Shown here piece after piece: positions 19,919 to 29,141 of a stretch of DNA of 64,000 nt. The stretch covers positions 19,086-83,085 of the forward strand of contig CAZRCZ010000018.1 in the NCBI GenBank assembly GCA_964598765.1, in the 5' to 3' direction. The stretch is from an uncultured Candidatus Sumerlaeota bacterium (GTDB lineage Bacteria > Sumerlaeota > Sumerlaeia > MVZB01 > JAJFLK01). Position 1 is the stretch's first letter. Every line of letters begins with the position of its first letter. Below the pieces are notes generated by a model. The model was given only the letters and a program-made list of their open reading frames with translations, searched no databases and was not told where the DNA came from. The position numbers were made by a program, and so were the translations under genes.

Positions 19919-20839
19919 TTGGGTCTATTTACTTTGCAATCCGAATCCCTAGAACACCTTCTTCCCGCCATCGAAAGTCTCAAAATCAAACCCCGCGAAC
20001 CCTTGGCCTCCCACACCTCGATGGGGGTCGGCGGTCCGGCGCGGTGGTTCATCGAAGTTGACCGCCGCGCGGCGCTGTCTCCGTTGCTCGAGGCGTTGCG
20101 GACTTCCAACACACGCTGGATGATGCTCGGCGGCGGGAGCAACACGCTTTTTGAGGACGCCGGATACGACGGCGCGGTTCTCCACCTTGGCATGGAATTT
20201 CGCGCCATTGCGATGGGGGATTCGGCGGAGACGATTAACGCAGGATCGGCGGCCACACTCGGCGCGATCATGAATTTCGCCAAAAAGCGCGGATTGGCCG
20301 GACTCGAATTCTGCGCCGGAATCCCCGGCGCGCTCGGGGGCGCGCTGGCGGGCAACGCCGGAATCGCGGGATTCGACGCCTGCTCGCTCGCCGATTCGGT
20401 CGAGGTGATTGATTCCGCCGGAAATCCCGCGACACGCCGACGCGGCGAATTTTCATTCGGCTATCGCCACAGTCAGTTGCGCGAGGACGTGATCCTCGGG
20501 GCGACGCTTCGGCTCCATCCCGATACGCCCGAAAAGATCGAGGAGCGCATTCGCCAAAATCTCTCCAAGCGGATGGAGCAACCGGTCGGCGAGCGGTCGT
20601 CGGGGTGCATGTTCAAAAATCCGTCGGGCGATTACGCGGGGCGATTGATTGACCGCGCCGGACTGAAAGGCTTGCGCGTCGGCAAAGCGCGGGTCTCCGA
20701 GGAACACGCCAATTTCATGATTAACGAAGGGGGGGCCACGACTGCGGAGATCAAAGGGTTGATGAACTTGGTTCGGGCGAAAGTGCGCGAACAGACGGGG
20801 ATCGAACTGGAATCCGAGGTGCGGATAGTTCCATCCTGA
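19919..20839 (+). CDS. murB: UDP-GlcNAc-enolpyruvate reductase
   Basis: GGGSNTL, GLEFCAGIPG, GCMFKNP, HANFMIN, LESEV. Confidence 0.95.
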   Translation: MGLFTLQSESLEHLLPAIESLKIKPREPLASHTSMGVGGPARWFIEVDRRAALSPLLEALRTSNTRWMMLGGGSNTLFEDAGYDGAVLHLGMEFRAIAMGDSAETINAGSAATLGAIMNFAKKRGLAGLEFCAGIPGALGGALAGNAGIAGFDACSLADSVEVIDSAGNPATRRRGEFSFGYRHSQLREDVILGATLRLHPDTPEKIEERIRQNLSKRMEQPVGERSSGCMFKNPSGDYAGRLIDRAGLKGLRVGKARVSEEHANFMINEGGATTAEIKGLMNLVRAKVREQTGIELESEVRIVPS

Positions 20840-20841
20840 AA

Positions 20842-20930
20842 TTCACCACCAAGGCACGAGGACACCAAGAAGATTTTGATTATTCGGATTTGCCGGACTT
20901 CTCTTGGTGACTCGGTGTCTTGGTGGTGAA
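20842..20930. repeat. Periodic inverted-repeat element (CACCAAG type) between convergent genes
   Basis: TTCACCACCAAGGCACGAGGACACCAAGA ... TCTTGGTGACTCGGTGTCTTGGTGGTGAA. Confidence 0.85.
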
Positions 20931-20950
20931 AAATGCGCTCCTAAGTCGCC

Positions 20951-23900
20951 CTACCCCTTCGTTACGGTCTCATCCAAGTTCAAAATCATCCCGGCGACCG
21001 TGGTCCACGCCGCCAATTCGGAGGCGTCCAGCTTATCATCCCGTTTGGATTCGCCGACTTCCAAAATTCTCGATGCCGATTCCGCGTTCTTGCGACATTC
21101 CTCCAACTGCGCCGTGAAGGCCTTCAGGAGAATCGCCGATTCCTGTTGGGTCGGCTTGCGGGCGGTGGCGAGTTCGAACGCGAACGCGATTCGCGCCGCC
21201 GGTTCGACGCCTCCCTCCTTCATCATTCGCTGAGCCAACCCTCGCGCGGCTTCGACGAACTGCGGCGAATTGAGAAGCGCCAGCGCCTGAAGCGGCGTGT
21301 TGGTGCGCGAGCGGCGCACGGTGCAAATCTCGCGGTTCGGCGCGTCGAAAATCAGCATGGTCGGCGGCGGGGCCTGACGTTTCCAAAATGTATACATGCT
21401 CCGGCGGTAGAGCGCGTCGCCGTGGTCCTGCGCGTAGCGTTGCGCGGAGAACTCCGCGCCGTAGGCGACCTCCTCCCAGATACCCTGCGGCTGATACGGC
21501 TTGACGCTCGGTCCGCCGACTTTCTCCACCAAAAGCCCGCTGACCGCCAGCGCGCCGTCGCGCACCATCTCGGCGTCCATGCGGAATCGGGGGCCGCGTG
21601 CAAGAAGCCGGTTTTCGGGGTCCTTTTGCAACAGCTCCGGCTTGACGCGCGAACTTTGCCGATAAGCCGCCGACGTGACCATCAAGCGCATCAGCCGCTT
21701 CACGTCCCAGCCGGATTGAACAAAATCGGTCGCCAGCCAATCGAGCAATTCCGGATGGCTCGGCCATTCCCCTTGCACTCCGAAATCCTCAACGGTCTTG
21801 ACGATGCCCGTTCCGAAACACTGTTGCCAAAAGCGATTGACCGTCACGCGGGCCGTCAGGGGATTGGCGGGATCAATCATCCATCTGGCGAGCGCGAGCC
21901 GATTGACCGGCTGGCCCGACGGCAACGGCGGCAACGCGGCGGGAGTGCCGGCCTGAACTTTTTCTCCGGTTTGATCGTATTGCCCCCGCTCCAGCATGTA
22001 GGTCTCGCGTGGTTTCTCAATCTCCTGCATCACCATCGTCGTCGGAATCTGTTTATCGAATTCGATCTTTTCGTTGTTGACGGCGGTCGTCTCCGCTTCG
22101 AGCTTGCCCCATTCAGGAGAATGACCGCGCCGGAAGTAATCGCGCACTTGACCGCGTTGCGCGGGAGTTTGAGACTTTCTGTCGCTCAGCAAAATTTGCT
22201 CGACGCCGAACGGAAATTCGCCCACCTGCTCGTCGGCCTTGCGGAAATAAAAGGCGTAGCTCGCGCCGTAGTTGACGACCTTCATCAGGATCGCGTTGTC
22301 CCCTTTTCTCAGGTCAACCGTCACCTGATCCTCGTTCGGCCTCAAAAGTCGCTGGACGTTCTTGTCGTGAACCACCGCTCCGTTGACCCAAACCTTGATG
22401 GCGTCGTTGCTACCGAGCGAAAGGGTCATCTTGTGGTCGCCCGGACTTTTGACGACGCGATAGAGATAAGTCGCGCAAACGTCGCCGAGAAGGTTGTTCG
22501 CTTTCATGTCCTTCAAATCCTGTCGCTGGACCCATTTGGCTTTGCCATCTTCATAGGTCGCGTTGAGATCAATCTTCTTCTCCGGCTCATACGCGGTTTG
22601 ATAGGCGGTGTTGCCGTCCTTGGCGGGGAACGGCCCGTTGAGATACCAAGGACCCAGTTCCGAAACGCCGTAGGAAGCGTCGCTCGTCACCGACAGGCGG
22701 AAACGTCCGATGTGGTGATGCGCATGGGAGGTTCCGGTCTTGAAACGAACGCGCAATAAGCTTCCCCCCTTGTAACCGAAGGGGCGTTCCGGAAGAAAAA
22801 CCGCCGTGCGATTTTCCGCCTTTCCGTCCACTGCCCATCCGGTTTCAGGTTTGCCGTCAACGGCCTTGGCGATTTCAAAATCCTTCTGGGAGTAATCGGC
22901 GTTGGCGAGCGCGAAGGGGATTTTTTCCGTCGCGCCCGGATCGAACGGCGGAGCGATCTCCGCCTCAAATTCGCCCAGCACAAAATTGCCGTTGTCGGCG
23001 CGTCCCACGCTCTTCTTTGGAAGCGATTCGTCCGGCATGACCTCAAGCCGAATCGCGGTGATCCCCTCGGCTTTGATCTGCGCCGCGAGTTCATACGTTT
23101 CCTGATCGGGATTCGTTCCGCCGGCGAGAATGGATTTGTCGTCCAGTTTCTTGAGCGCCGCGCCGCCGGCGGATTTGAATTCTGCCGGATCGAGCGTCGT
23201 CCACTTCGTCCTCAATTCCTCCCCTTTCTTTCTTTCCCACGCATCCTGCAGGGGATCGAGGAGCGGCATAGGGCGGTTCATCCGCTCGCGCAACGGTTTC
23301 ATCTTTTCCTCAAACGCGGCGAGCTTGACCGCCTGATCGGGCAACGGCGCTTGAATGCGCGGAACCGAATTCCCCTCGCGCCCGTCCAGTCCCTCTTCCG
23401 GCACTTGGTTGAAGAAAGCAAAAAGCTGATAAAATTCCTTCCGGCTGATCGGATCAAATTTGTGGTTGTGGCATTGCGCGCAATTGACGGTCAGCCCCAG
23501 CCACACCGTCGAGGTCGTATTGACGCGGTCAATCACGTAATTCGTCCGATATTCGTCGGGAATCGCGCCCCCTTCAAAGTTAATCATGTGATTGCGGTTG
23601 AATCCGCTCGCCATGCGTTGATCGAGCGTGGCGTTCGGCAAAAGATCGCCCGCCAGTTGTTCGAGCGTGAATTGATCGAAATGTTCATTGCGATTAAAGG
23701 AATCAATCACCCAATCGCGCCAGCGCCACATGAAGCGCTCGTTGTCAATGTGATAGCCGTTGGTGTCGGCGTAGCGCGCCGCGTCGAGCCAATAGCGGGC
23801 CATGTGCTCGCCATATCGCGTGGACGCGAGCAAACGGTCCACCACTTTTTCGTAGGGGTTCGCGCCTGCATCGGCGACAAAATCCTCGACTTCCTTGGTC

Positions 23901-24652
23901 GTCGGCGGGAGACCGGTCAAGTCCAGTGTCACCCGGCGAATCAGTGTCCGTCGGTCGGTTTCGGGCGAAGACTCCAGTCCTTCCTTTTCCAAACGCGCAA
24001 GGATAAAGGCATCAATCGGGTTTTTAACCCAAGCCTTGCTTTTGGTTTCAGGCACGGCCGGACGTTCGGGTTTCACGAACGCCCAATGCTTTTCCCATTT
24101 GGCTCCCTGATCCACCCAGCGGCCAAGAAGTTCGATCTCTTCGGAGGAAAGTGTTTTGCCGGAGGAAACCGGCGGCATTCGGTCGGATGGATCGGAGGTG
24201 GTAATCCGGCGAATAAGTTCGCTCTTGGCGCGATCATGCGGAACCAGTGGAATATGTCCCGATTTCAACGCGTCGAAGGCAATCGTCGCGTCGTCAAGCC
24301 GAAATCCTCCTTTGCGCTGATTCTCATCCGGTCCGTGACAGGAATAGCATTTGGCCAAAAAGATCGGACGAATCTGGCGGTTAAAGCTGATTGCCCCTTC
24401 CGCGCCGGGCGCGGGCTTGTGGGCATCCGCCATGCGCTTGGCCACCAAGTCGCGCAAACTTGCCAGAGCGGCGGGATTGGATTGAAGTCGCCCGATGGTT
24501 TGCGCCAGCTCCTCGGCGATTTTTGGCGCGTCGCTCAACGGTGACGCGGACGCTCCTTCCACGACATTCTGGGCGGCAACGGGCATCTCCCAAGCGACAA
24601 GCGCGAGCAAAATGCTTGCGCACAATCCGGCGAGGCGGTATCGCTTTCCCAT
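20951..24652 (-). CDS. Planctomycete-type cytochrome c protein (PSCyt1 + DUF1549 + DUF1553/PSD1)
   Basis: Signal peptide, CYSCHG, NPIDAFI, LIRRVTLDLTGLPP, CAQCHNHKFDP, HPELLDWLA, NTPLQALALLN. Confidence 0.93.
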   Translation of the reverse strand: MGKRYRLAGLCASILLALVAWEMPVAAQNVVEGASASPLSDAPKIAEELAQTIGRLQSNPAALASLRDLVAKRMADAHKPAPGAEGAISFNRQIRPIFLAKCYSCHGPDENQRKGGFRLDDATIAFDALKSGHIPLVPHDRAKSELIRRITTSDPSDRMPPVSSGKTLSSEEIELLGRWVDQGAKWEKHWAFVKPERPAVPETKSKAWVKNPIDAFILARLEKEGLESSPETDRRTLIRRVTLDLTGLPPTTKEVEDFVADAGANPYEKVVDRLLASTRYGEHMARYWLDAARYADTNGYHIDNERFMWRWRDWVIDSFNRNEHFDQFTLEQLAGDLLPNATLDQRMASGFNRNHMINFEGGAIPDEYRTNYVIDRVNTTSTVWLGLTVNCAQCHNHKFDPISRKEFYQLFAFFNQVPEEGLDGREGNSVPRIQAPLPDQAVKLAAFEEKMKPLRERMNRPMPLLDPLQDAWERKKGEELRTKWTTLDPAEFKSAGGAALKKLDDKSILAGGTNPDQETYELAAQIKAEGITAIRLEVMPDESLPKKSVGRADNGNFVLGEFEAEIAPPFDPGATEKIPFALANADYSQKDFEIAKAVDGKPETGWAVDGKAENRTAVFLPERPFGYKGGSLLRVRFKTGTSHAHHHIGRFRLSVTSDASYGVSELGPWYLNGPFPAKDGNTAYQTAYEPEKKIDLNATYEDGKAKWVQRQDLKDMKANNLLGDVCATYLYRVVKSPGDHKMTLSLGSNDAIKVWVNGAVVHDKNVQRLLRPNEDQVTVDLRKGDNAILMKVVNYGASYAFYFRKADEQVGEFPFGVEQILLSDRKSQTPAQRGQVRDYFRRGHSPEWGKLEAETTAVNNEKIEFDKQIPTTMVMQEIEKPRETYMLERGQYDQTGEKVQAGTPAALPPLPSGQPVNRLALARWMIDPANPLTARVTVNRFWQQCFGTGIVKTVEDFGVQGEWPSHPELLDWLATDFVQSGWDVKRLMRLMVTSAAYRQSSRVKPELLQKDPENRLLARGPRFRMDAEMVRDGALAVSGLLVEKVGGPSVKPYQPQGIWEEVAYGAEFSAQRYAQDHGDALYRRSMYTFWKRQAPPPTMLIFDAPNREICTVRRSRTNTPLQALALLNSPQFVEAARGLAQRMMKEGGVEPAARIAFAFELATARKPTQQESAILLKAFTAQLEECRKNAESASRILEVGESKRDDKLDASELAAWTTVAGMILNLDETVTKG

Positions 24653-24775
24653 TTTGTCGTCTCCAACTTTGGATTATTTCAGACCTTGTGCCGGAAGGTC
24701 AATCAGATCGGGAGATTCGCGGGAGATGGAATCAGCTTCCCGGGAGCCGCGAAATTTTCGGCCTGAGTTTGATCC

Positions 24776-24805
24776 TTGACAGTCCCGCGCATCATTGAAG
24801 ATGAT
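24776..24805 (+). promoter_or_regulatory. Putative sigma70 promoter of tRNA-Asp
   Basis: TTGACA-18 nt-GATGAT upstream of the tRNA. Confidence 0.4.
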
Positions 24806-24863
24806 CGAAGGAAATGGGTCGTTCGCTCCAAAGACATTTGGGGAGGAAATCCCAACGAGAAGC

Positions 24864-24941
24864 GGGGCTGTAGTTCAGCTGGTTTAGAACGCCGGCCTGT
24901 CACGCCGGAGGTCGCGGGTTCGAACCCCGTCGGCCCCGCCA
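24864..24941 (+). tRNA. tRNA-Asp(GTC)
   Basis: GGGGCTG/CGGCCCC acceptor, CCGGC-CT GTC AC-GCCGG anticodon arm, GGTTCGAA, encoded CCA. Confidence 0.97.
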
Positions 24942-25007
24942 TTTCCCTCGCCCGGATCACACGCGGTTCGCGAAATTCCAGCGGGCGCAAGCCCGAAGGC
25001 TCTGCCA

Positions 25008-25709
25008 TCACTCAGCGGCCACCGGACCTATGAGCGACGGATCGTCGTTGCGCGGATTATTGACGCGAAGGCTTACCGCGTAGCCGTTCATGCGCTCCGC
25101 CGGGTAGGGTTTCAAGAGTGGCCGGACCTTGGCGGCGTCTTGAATTTCGGGATCGCACCAAAGCGCGTAGCTCTCCCGATCAAGAATCACGGGCATCCGA
25201 TCATGGATCGGGCGCAAGATTTCATTTGCTTCGGTCGTGAATATCGCGCAGGACACAAGCGGAGCCGCCGTTCCTTCTCCTCGCCGCGTCTCATAGAGTC
25301 CGGCGAAAGCGAACGGGCGACTGTCATTGAGCGAAAAGAAGAACGGTCGCTTGGCCGAGCCTTCTCGCTTCCATTCATAAAATCCATCCGCCAAGACCAA
25401 ACATCGCTGACGCGCAAACGCGCGGCGGAACATCGGCTTCTCCATCACGGTCTCGGAGCGAATGTTGATTGGAGCGAGCGAGCCTTTCGGGTCTTTGGCG
25501 AAATGCGGGATGAAACCCCATTGGAGCAAGGCAAGTTTGGGATGGGGTTTGCCCTCGCTTTGTCCTATCGCCGGAACCATTTGCGACGGCGCGACGTTGT
25601 AGCGCGCCGCGAAATCGGGGAAATCGTTCGCATCCAGATTCGGCAAAATCTCGCGAAAAGACTGGATCAGCTGATCCTTGGAGAGGCGAATGGCGAAACG
25701 TCCGCACAC
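25008..25709 (-). CDS. SOS response-associated peptidase (SRAP/YedK/HMCES family)
   Basis: N-terminal MCGRF, RYNVAP, INIRSET, GFYEW, IHDRMPVIL. Confidence 0.95.
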   Translation of the reverse strand: MCGRFAIRLSKDQLIQSFREILPNLDANDFPDFAARYNVAPSQMVPAIGQSEGKPHPKLALLQWGFIPHFAKDPKGSLAPINIRSETVMEKPMFRRAFARQRCLVLADGFYEWKREGSAKRPFFFSLNDSRPFAFAGLYETRRGEGTAAPLVSCAIFTTEANEILRPIHDRMPVILDRESYALWCDPEIQDAAKVRPLLKPYPAERMNGYAVSLRVNNPRNDDPSLIGPVAAE

Positions 25710-25767
25710 GATCTTTTCATCATGGAGAAGAAACGCGCCGGCGGCAATCCCAAAATCCTCAAGAAGT

Positions 25768-25805
25768 AAAACCCCGCAACCCCAAGGATTTCAAGGGATT
25801 GCGGG
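25768..25805 (-). terminator. Stem-loop/terminator downstream of tRNA-Lys
   Basis: minus strand CCCGCAATCCC...GGGGTTGCGGGG followed by TTTT. Confidence 0.6.
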
Positions 25806-25815
25806 ATCAAGGATT

Positions 25816-25891
25816 TGGTGGGCAACCGGGGACTCGAACCCCGAACCAACGGATTAAGAGTCCGCTGCTCTACCAATTGAGCTAGTCGCCC
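25816..25891 (-). tRNA. tRNA-Lys(CTT)
   Basis: GGGCGACTAGCTCAATTGGTAGAGCAGCGGACTCTTAATCCG...GGTTCGAGTCCCCGGTTGCCCACCA. Confidence 0.97.
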
Positions 25892-26262
25892 ACGGTGGGG
25901 TGCGCGAGAAATCCGCCTGATTTGCCTAGGATACGCATCCTCCATCCGAGATCAACCGGATCGCGCACGAAGTTCGATTTTAGAAAACGCCAACGACGGA
26001 TTCAAGCCGAGATTGACGATGTAATTTCGGAAGGCGCGTTTCCGAAATAGGAGCATGGTCCGAATCGCGATCGAAACGGAGCCCCCTCGTGCGCGTCGCC
26101 TTTGTCTCTGCGCGCTTGCCGCGCTTGTGGCTCGGCTTCCTGAAATGCGGCTGACTCCAAACGCCAATGCGCGCCATTGGCAATCCTGAAGTCACCCACA
26201 AGAATTCTTGATGCGTCTTCGCGCTTGTGCCTACACGCGAGGCTTCGTAGGCTTGAGCCTCG

Positions 26263-28995
26263 ATGGAAGAACCGCCAAACACCCAACCCGCAGTTCCAAT
26301 CCGAGCCGTGACGCTGGGCGTCGCCGCGCTCGTGCTTCTTCCGTCGGCGCTTTATCTTCCCACGTTCATTCGGGGTGAGATTCCGCTCTCGATGGATACC
26401 GTCATGTATTTTTTTCCGCTCCGGTGGCACGCGGCGCAACTGGTCCGCTCGGGGCAATGGCCGTGGTGGAACCGGTGCATTCTGGGCGGGACGCCCCTCT
26501 TTTCCAATCCGCAATCCGCGCTGGCCTATCCTCTGAATTGGCTGATGTTTATTTGGCCGGGGGCTTTTTCTTTTACGTTTCCGATGACCTTGCAGTTGGG
26601 CTTATGGGCGGGGATGACCGCGCTTCTGCTTTGGCGGATGGGGATTTCGCTCTGGGTTGCGCTTTGGTGCGGGGCGTTGTGCCTTGCGGGGAATTACGGA
26701 TGGAGCCGGTTGCAATTCGGAAATTACCTCAACGTCCTTCCGTGGTGGCCGGTTTGGATGCTGGCGGCCCATGAGTTTGCGTCATCGGGCAACCGCAAGT
26801 TTCTCTCGCTCGGCGGCGCGTCGGTCGCGTTGATGATTCTCGCCGGAGCGCATCAGTTGGCGCTCTACGGCGGGATCGGTCTGGCGGGTTTTGCGGTCTG
26901 GATGATCGCCGTGGACGCGCCGAACCGAAAACGCTGGTCGCATTTTTTGCTGGTTTCGCTGGGAATCGGTATTTTGTTGGGAGCGTTGGGTTGGCTTCCG
27001 CAATGGGCGTTCGTGCGCGAGACGGCTCGGAGTGCGTCGCTTGATCCCCGGCGCGTTCTCGACGGAACCTTCGGCTCGGTCCGCGAAGCCGCGCTCGCTC
27101 TGACCGGACCATGGACTTCCGGCTTTGCCGACGCCGAAGCGTCGGCCTCCATCGGCGTTTTCGCGTTCGTCTCGGCGGGAATCATTCCGGCGGAACGGAG
27201 GCGATTCAAAATTTGGCTGGGACTCTGGCTCGTCGCGCTTGGGTCGTTTCTTCTCACCCTCCGCCCCATTGTTTCGTTTTTGATCGAGGTTCTTCCTTCC
27301 ACCAACTTCTTCCACGACCCGCGTCGTCTTCTTGGCGTGACGCAATGGTTTGTGATCCTCGCGGCGGGAATCAGCATGAGCGATTGGGGAACGGTCGAAG
27401 GGGAGTCGGGCAGATATACGACACTTCGCTATGTTTCTGGGGTTTTGTGCTTTCTGTTCTCCCTCGTGCTACTCCACCCTCCTTTCTGGGATCCGCAAAA
27501 AGATCGTCACGTTCGACTCTACTTGGTGCTCGCGTGGGTTGGTTCTTTCCATTGGGCGGCTTTTGGCCTTTTCTATCGCGAAGCGATCCAAGGGAAAGGA
27601 TACTTTTCGCTCGCTCTTGTATCGTATCCGCTCTCACGTTTTTTAATGGATCACGATCGATCGGCAGATTTGCAGGATGAATTCCAAGTGATAAGGTCTG
27701 CCAATGCGCTGGTAGATAAGTTCTTGATGCGTCTGATGGCGATTGTAGGACTTGCGGGTCTGTGCATTGCCACTTGGGAAACCAGCGATTTTTCGCGGAT
27801 CAAAGCACGAGAGCTTTTTCCTCCCGACGGCGCGCCACCCTTCATCGTGGAGCCACATTCCAAAAATCCACGGCGGTTTTTCAGTCTCGATTGGCAACGC
27901 GCATCGAGCTACGACTTTCGGCGTCCGGCTTTGATGAATTGGTCCTTGCCCAACCTACCGATGCTATGGGGCGTTGAAGACATCGGCGGCTACGAGCCGG
28001 CGCGCAGTTCGCGATACGACCGCTGGTTGAAATCAGCATGCTCATGGCCGGAGGGGCGCCAGCCGTGGGCGGAGCATTTTGGGTTGATTTATCCCTCCCA
28101 TCCCGCCGAGTTGAATTCGTCAATAAGCGAGGCCAATCTCGGATCGGCGATTCTTCCGATCTGGGGAGTTGCCGTCTACCTGCGGCAAACGGGACCGAAC
28201 CATTGGGCGGGCGTCACGAAAATTTGGCCGGGCGATTTGGACTGGAGAGTAGTTTCGCTTCCTGCGAAAACTGCCACCGCTGAAGGACAAAGAAATTTGA
28301 GCCTCGCCCTCGCGCCGCAAGTGACCGTGAACCGAACGCTCGATGACGCCACGCGGACGACGTCCTCCGCGACTCTTTTGCCGATGGACCTGAAGGGTCT
28401 GACCGTCAACCGGACCGTCATGCAGAGCGAAGAATTGCGCGGCGCGTCGGAGTCGTCTTCGCACCCTGCAAGAGTTGATCTGGAGTTGAATCCCGGCGAC
28501 CAGCTTGGCGGCCTTTATCTCTGGTCGCGCTCGTTAAGCGAGATTTACCAACCGCTCTCCGCTCTCGGCTTTGCCATGCTTTGCCGCTATCGCGGCCCGA
28601 CGCAATGGACGGTCCTCAAGCCGGAGAACCCGGCGGAGCAAGACATGGGACAAATTCTCGACACCGAAATCCGCGCGAACCGACTGAAATTGAACGTTCG
28701 CTGGGAAGGCAACGGCCCCGCGATGCTGGAAATCCATGACGCCGATTGGTCCGGATGGAAAGCGACGGTGGATGGTTCTTCGGTTTTAATCCGCGCGTCG
28801 GGTCCGGACCAATCGGGTTTGTGGCGGCAGATTGCGATTCCGGCTCCGTCAAATTCAACGACGAGCAAGGATCACACGGTTGATTTAATTTATCGTCCCC
28901 CGTTTATGAGAATGGCGTTGCTGATGACGATGCTAGGGGGAATTGTTATCGTTGCCATCCTGTGGATGGGAAATCTCAAATTTCATGAGATTTGA
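26263..28995 (+). CDS. YfhO-like GT-C membrane protein
   Basis: D.VMYFFP, PWWNRCILGGTPLFSNPQSALAYP, many TMs, GYEP, C-terminal GWKATVDG...Y.P + TM. Confidence 0.8.
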   Translation: MEEPPNTQPAVPIRAVTLGVAALVLLPSALYLPTFIRGEIPLSMDTVMYFFPLRWHAAQLVRSGQWPWWNRCILGGTPLFSNPQSALAYPLNWLMFIWPGAFSFTFPMTLQLGLWAGMTALLLWRMGISLWVALWCGALCLAGNYGWSRLQFGNYLNVLPWWPVWMLAAHEFASSGNRKFLSLGGASVALMILAGAHQLALYGGIGLAGFAVWMIAVDAPNRKRWSHFLLVSLGIGILLGALGWLPQWAFVRETARSASLDPRRVLDGTFGSVREAALALTGPWTSGFADAEASASIGVFAFVSAGIIPAERRRFKIWLGLWLVALGSFLLTLRPIVSFLIEVLPSTNFFHDPRRLLGVTQWFVILAAGISMSDWGTVEGESGRYTTLRYVSGVLCFLFSLVLLHPPFWDPQKDRHVRLYLVLAWVGSFHWAAFGLFYREAIQGKGYFSLALVSYPLSRFLMDHDRSADLQDEFQVIRSANALVDKFLMRLMAIVGLAGLCIATWETSDFSRIKARELFPPDGAPPFIVEPHSKNPRRFFSLDWQRASSYDFRRPALMNWSLPNLPMLWGVEDIGGYEPARSSRYDRWLKSACSWPEGRQPWAEHFGLIYPSHPAELNSSISEANLGSAILPIWGVAVYLRQTGPNHWAGVTKIWPGDLDWRVVSLPAKTATAEGQRNLSLALAPQVTVNRTLDDATRTTSSATLLPMDLKGLTVNRTVMQSEELRGASESSSHPARVDLELNPGDQLGGLYLWSRSLSEIYQPLSALGFAMLCRYRGPTQWTVLKPENPAEQDMGQILDTEIRANRLKLNVRWEGNGPAMLEIHDADWSGWKATVDGSSVLIRASGPDQSGLWRQIAIPAPSNSTTSKDHTVDLIYRPPFMRMALLMTMLGGIVIVAILWMGNLKFHEI

Positions 28996-29050
28996 AATCC
29001 GAGATCCAAATGGATCGGCGACAACAAAATGGCGATGCTGAGAATAAAGA

Positions 29051-29141
29051 AATTAAACGCAAGGACGCAAAGGCGCAGAGACGCAATGCAGTAAATTCAA
29101 CCTCCTTGCGTCTCTGCGCCTTTGCGTCTTTGCGTTTAATT
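29051..29141. repeat. Periodic inverted-repeat element (CGCAAAG type) containing the AsmA-like gene's stop codon
   Basis: 36-bp arms AATTAAACGCAA(G/A)GACGCAAAGGCGCAGAGACGCAA, 35/36 complementary. Confidence 0.92.

Noticed and set aside
24864-25891. Prophage or ICE integrated at the tRNAs (also tRNA-Leu 55243)
   Set aside because: No integrase, no duplicated tRNA 3' end and no phage genes seen
29051-29141. Periodic repeats as CRISPR or guide-RNA arrays
   Set aside because: Arms are inverted pairs of short tandem units with no repeat-spacer series and no cas genes
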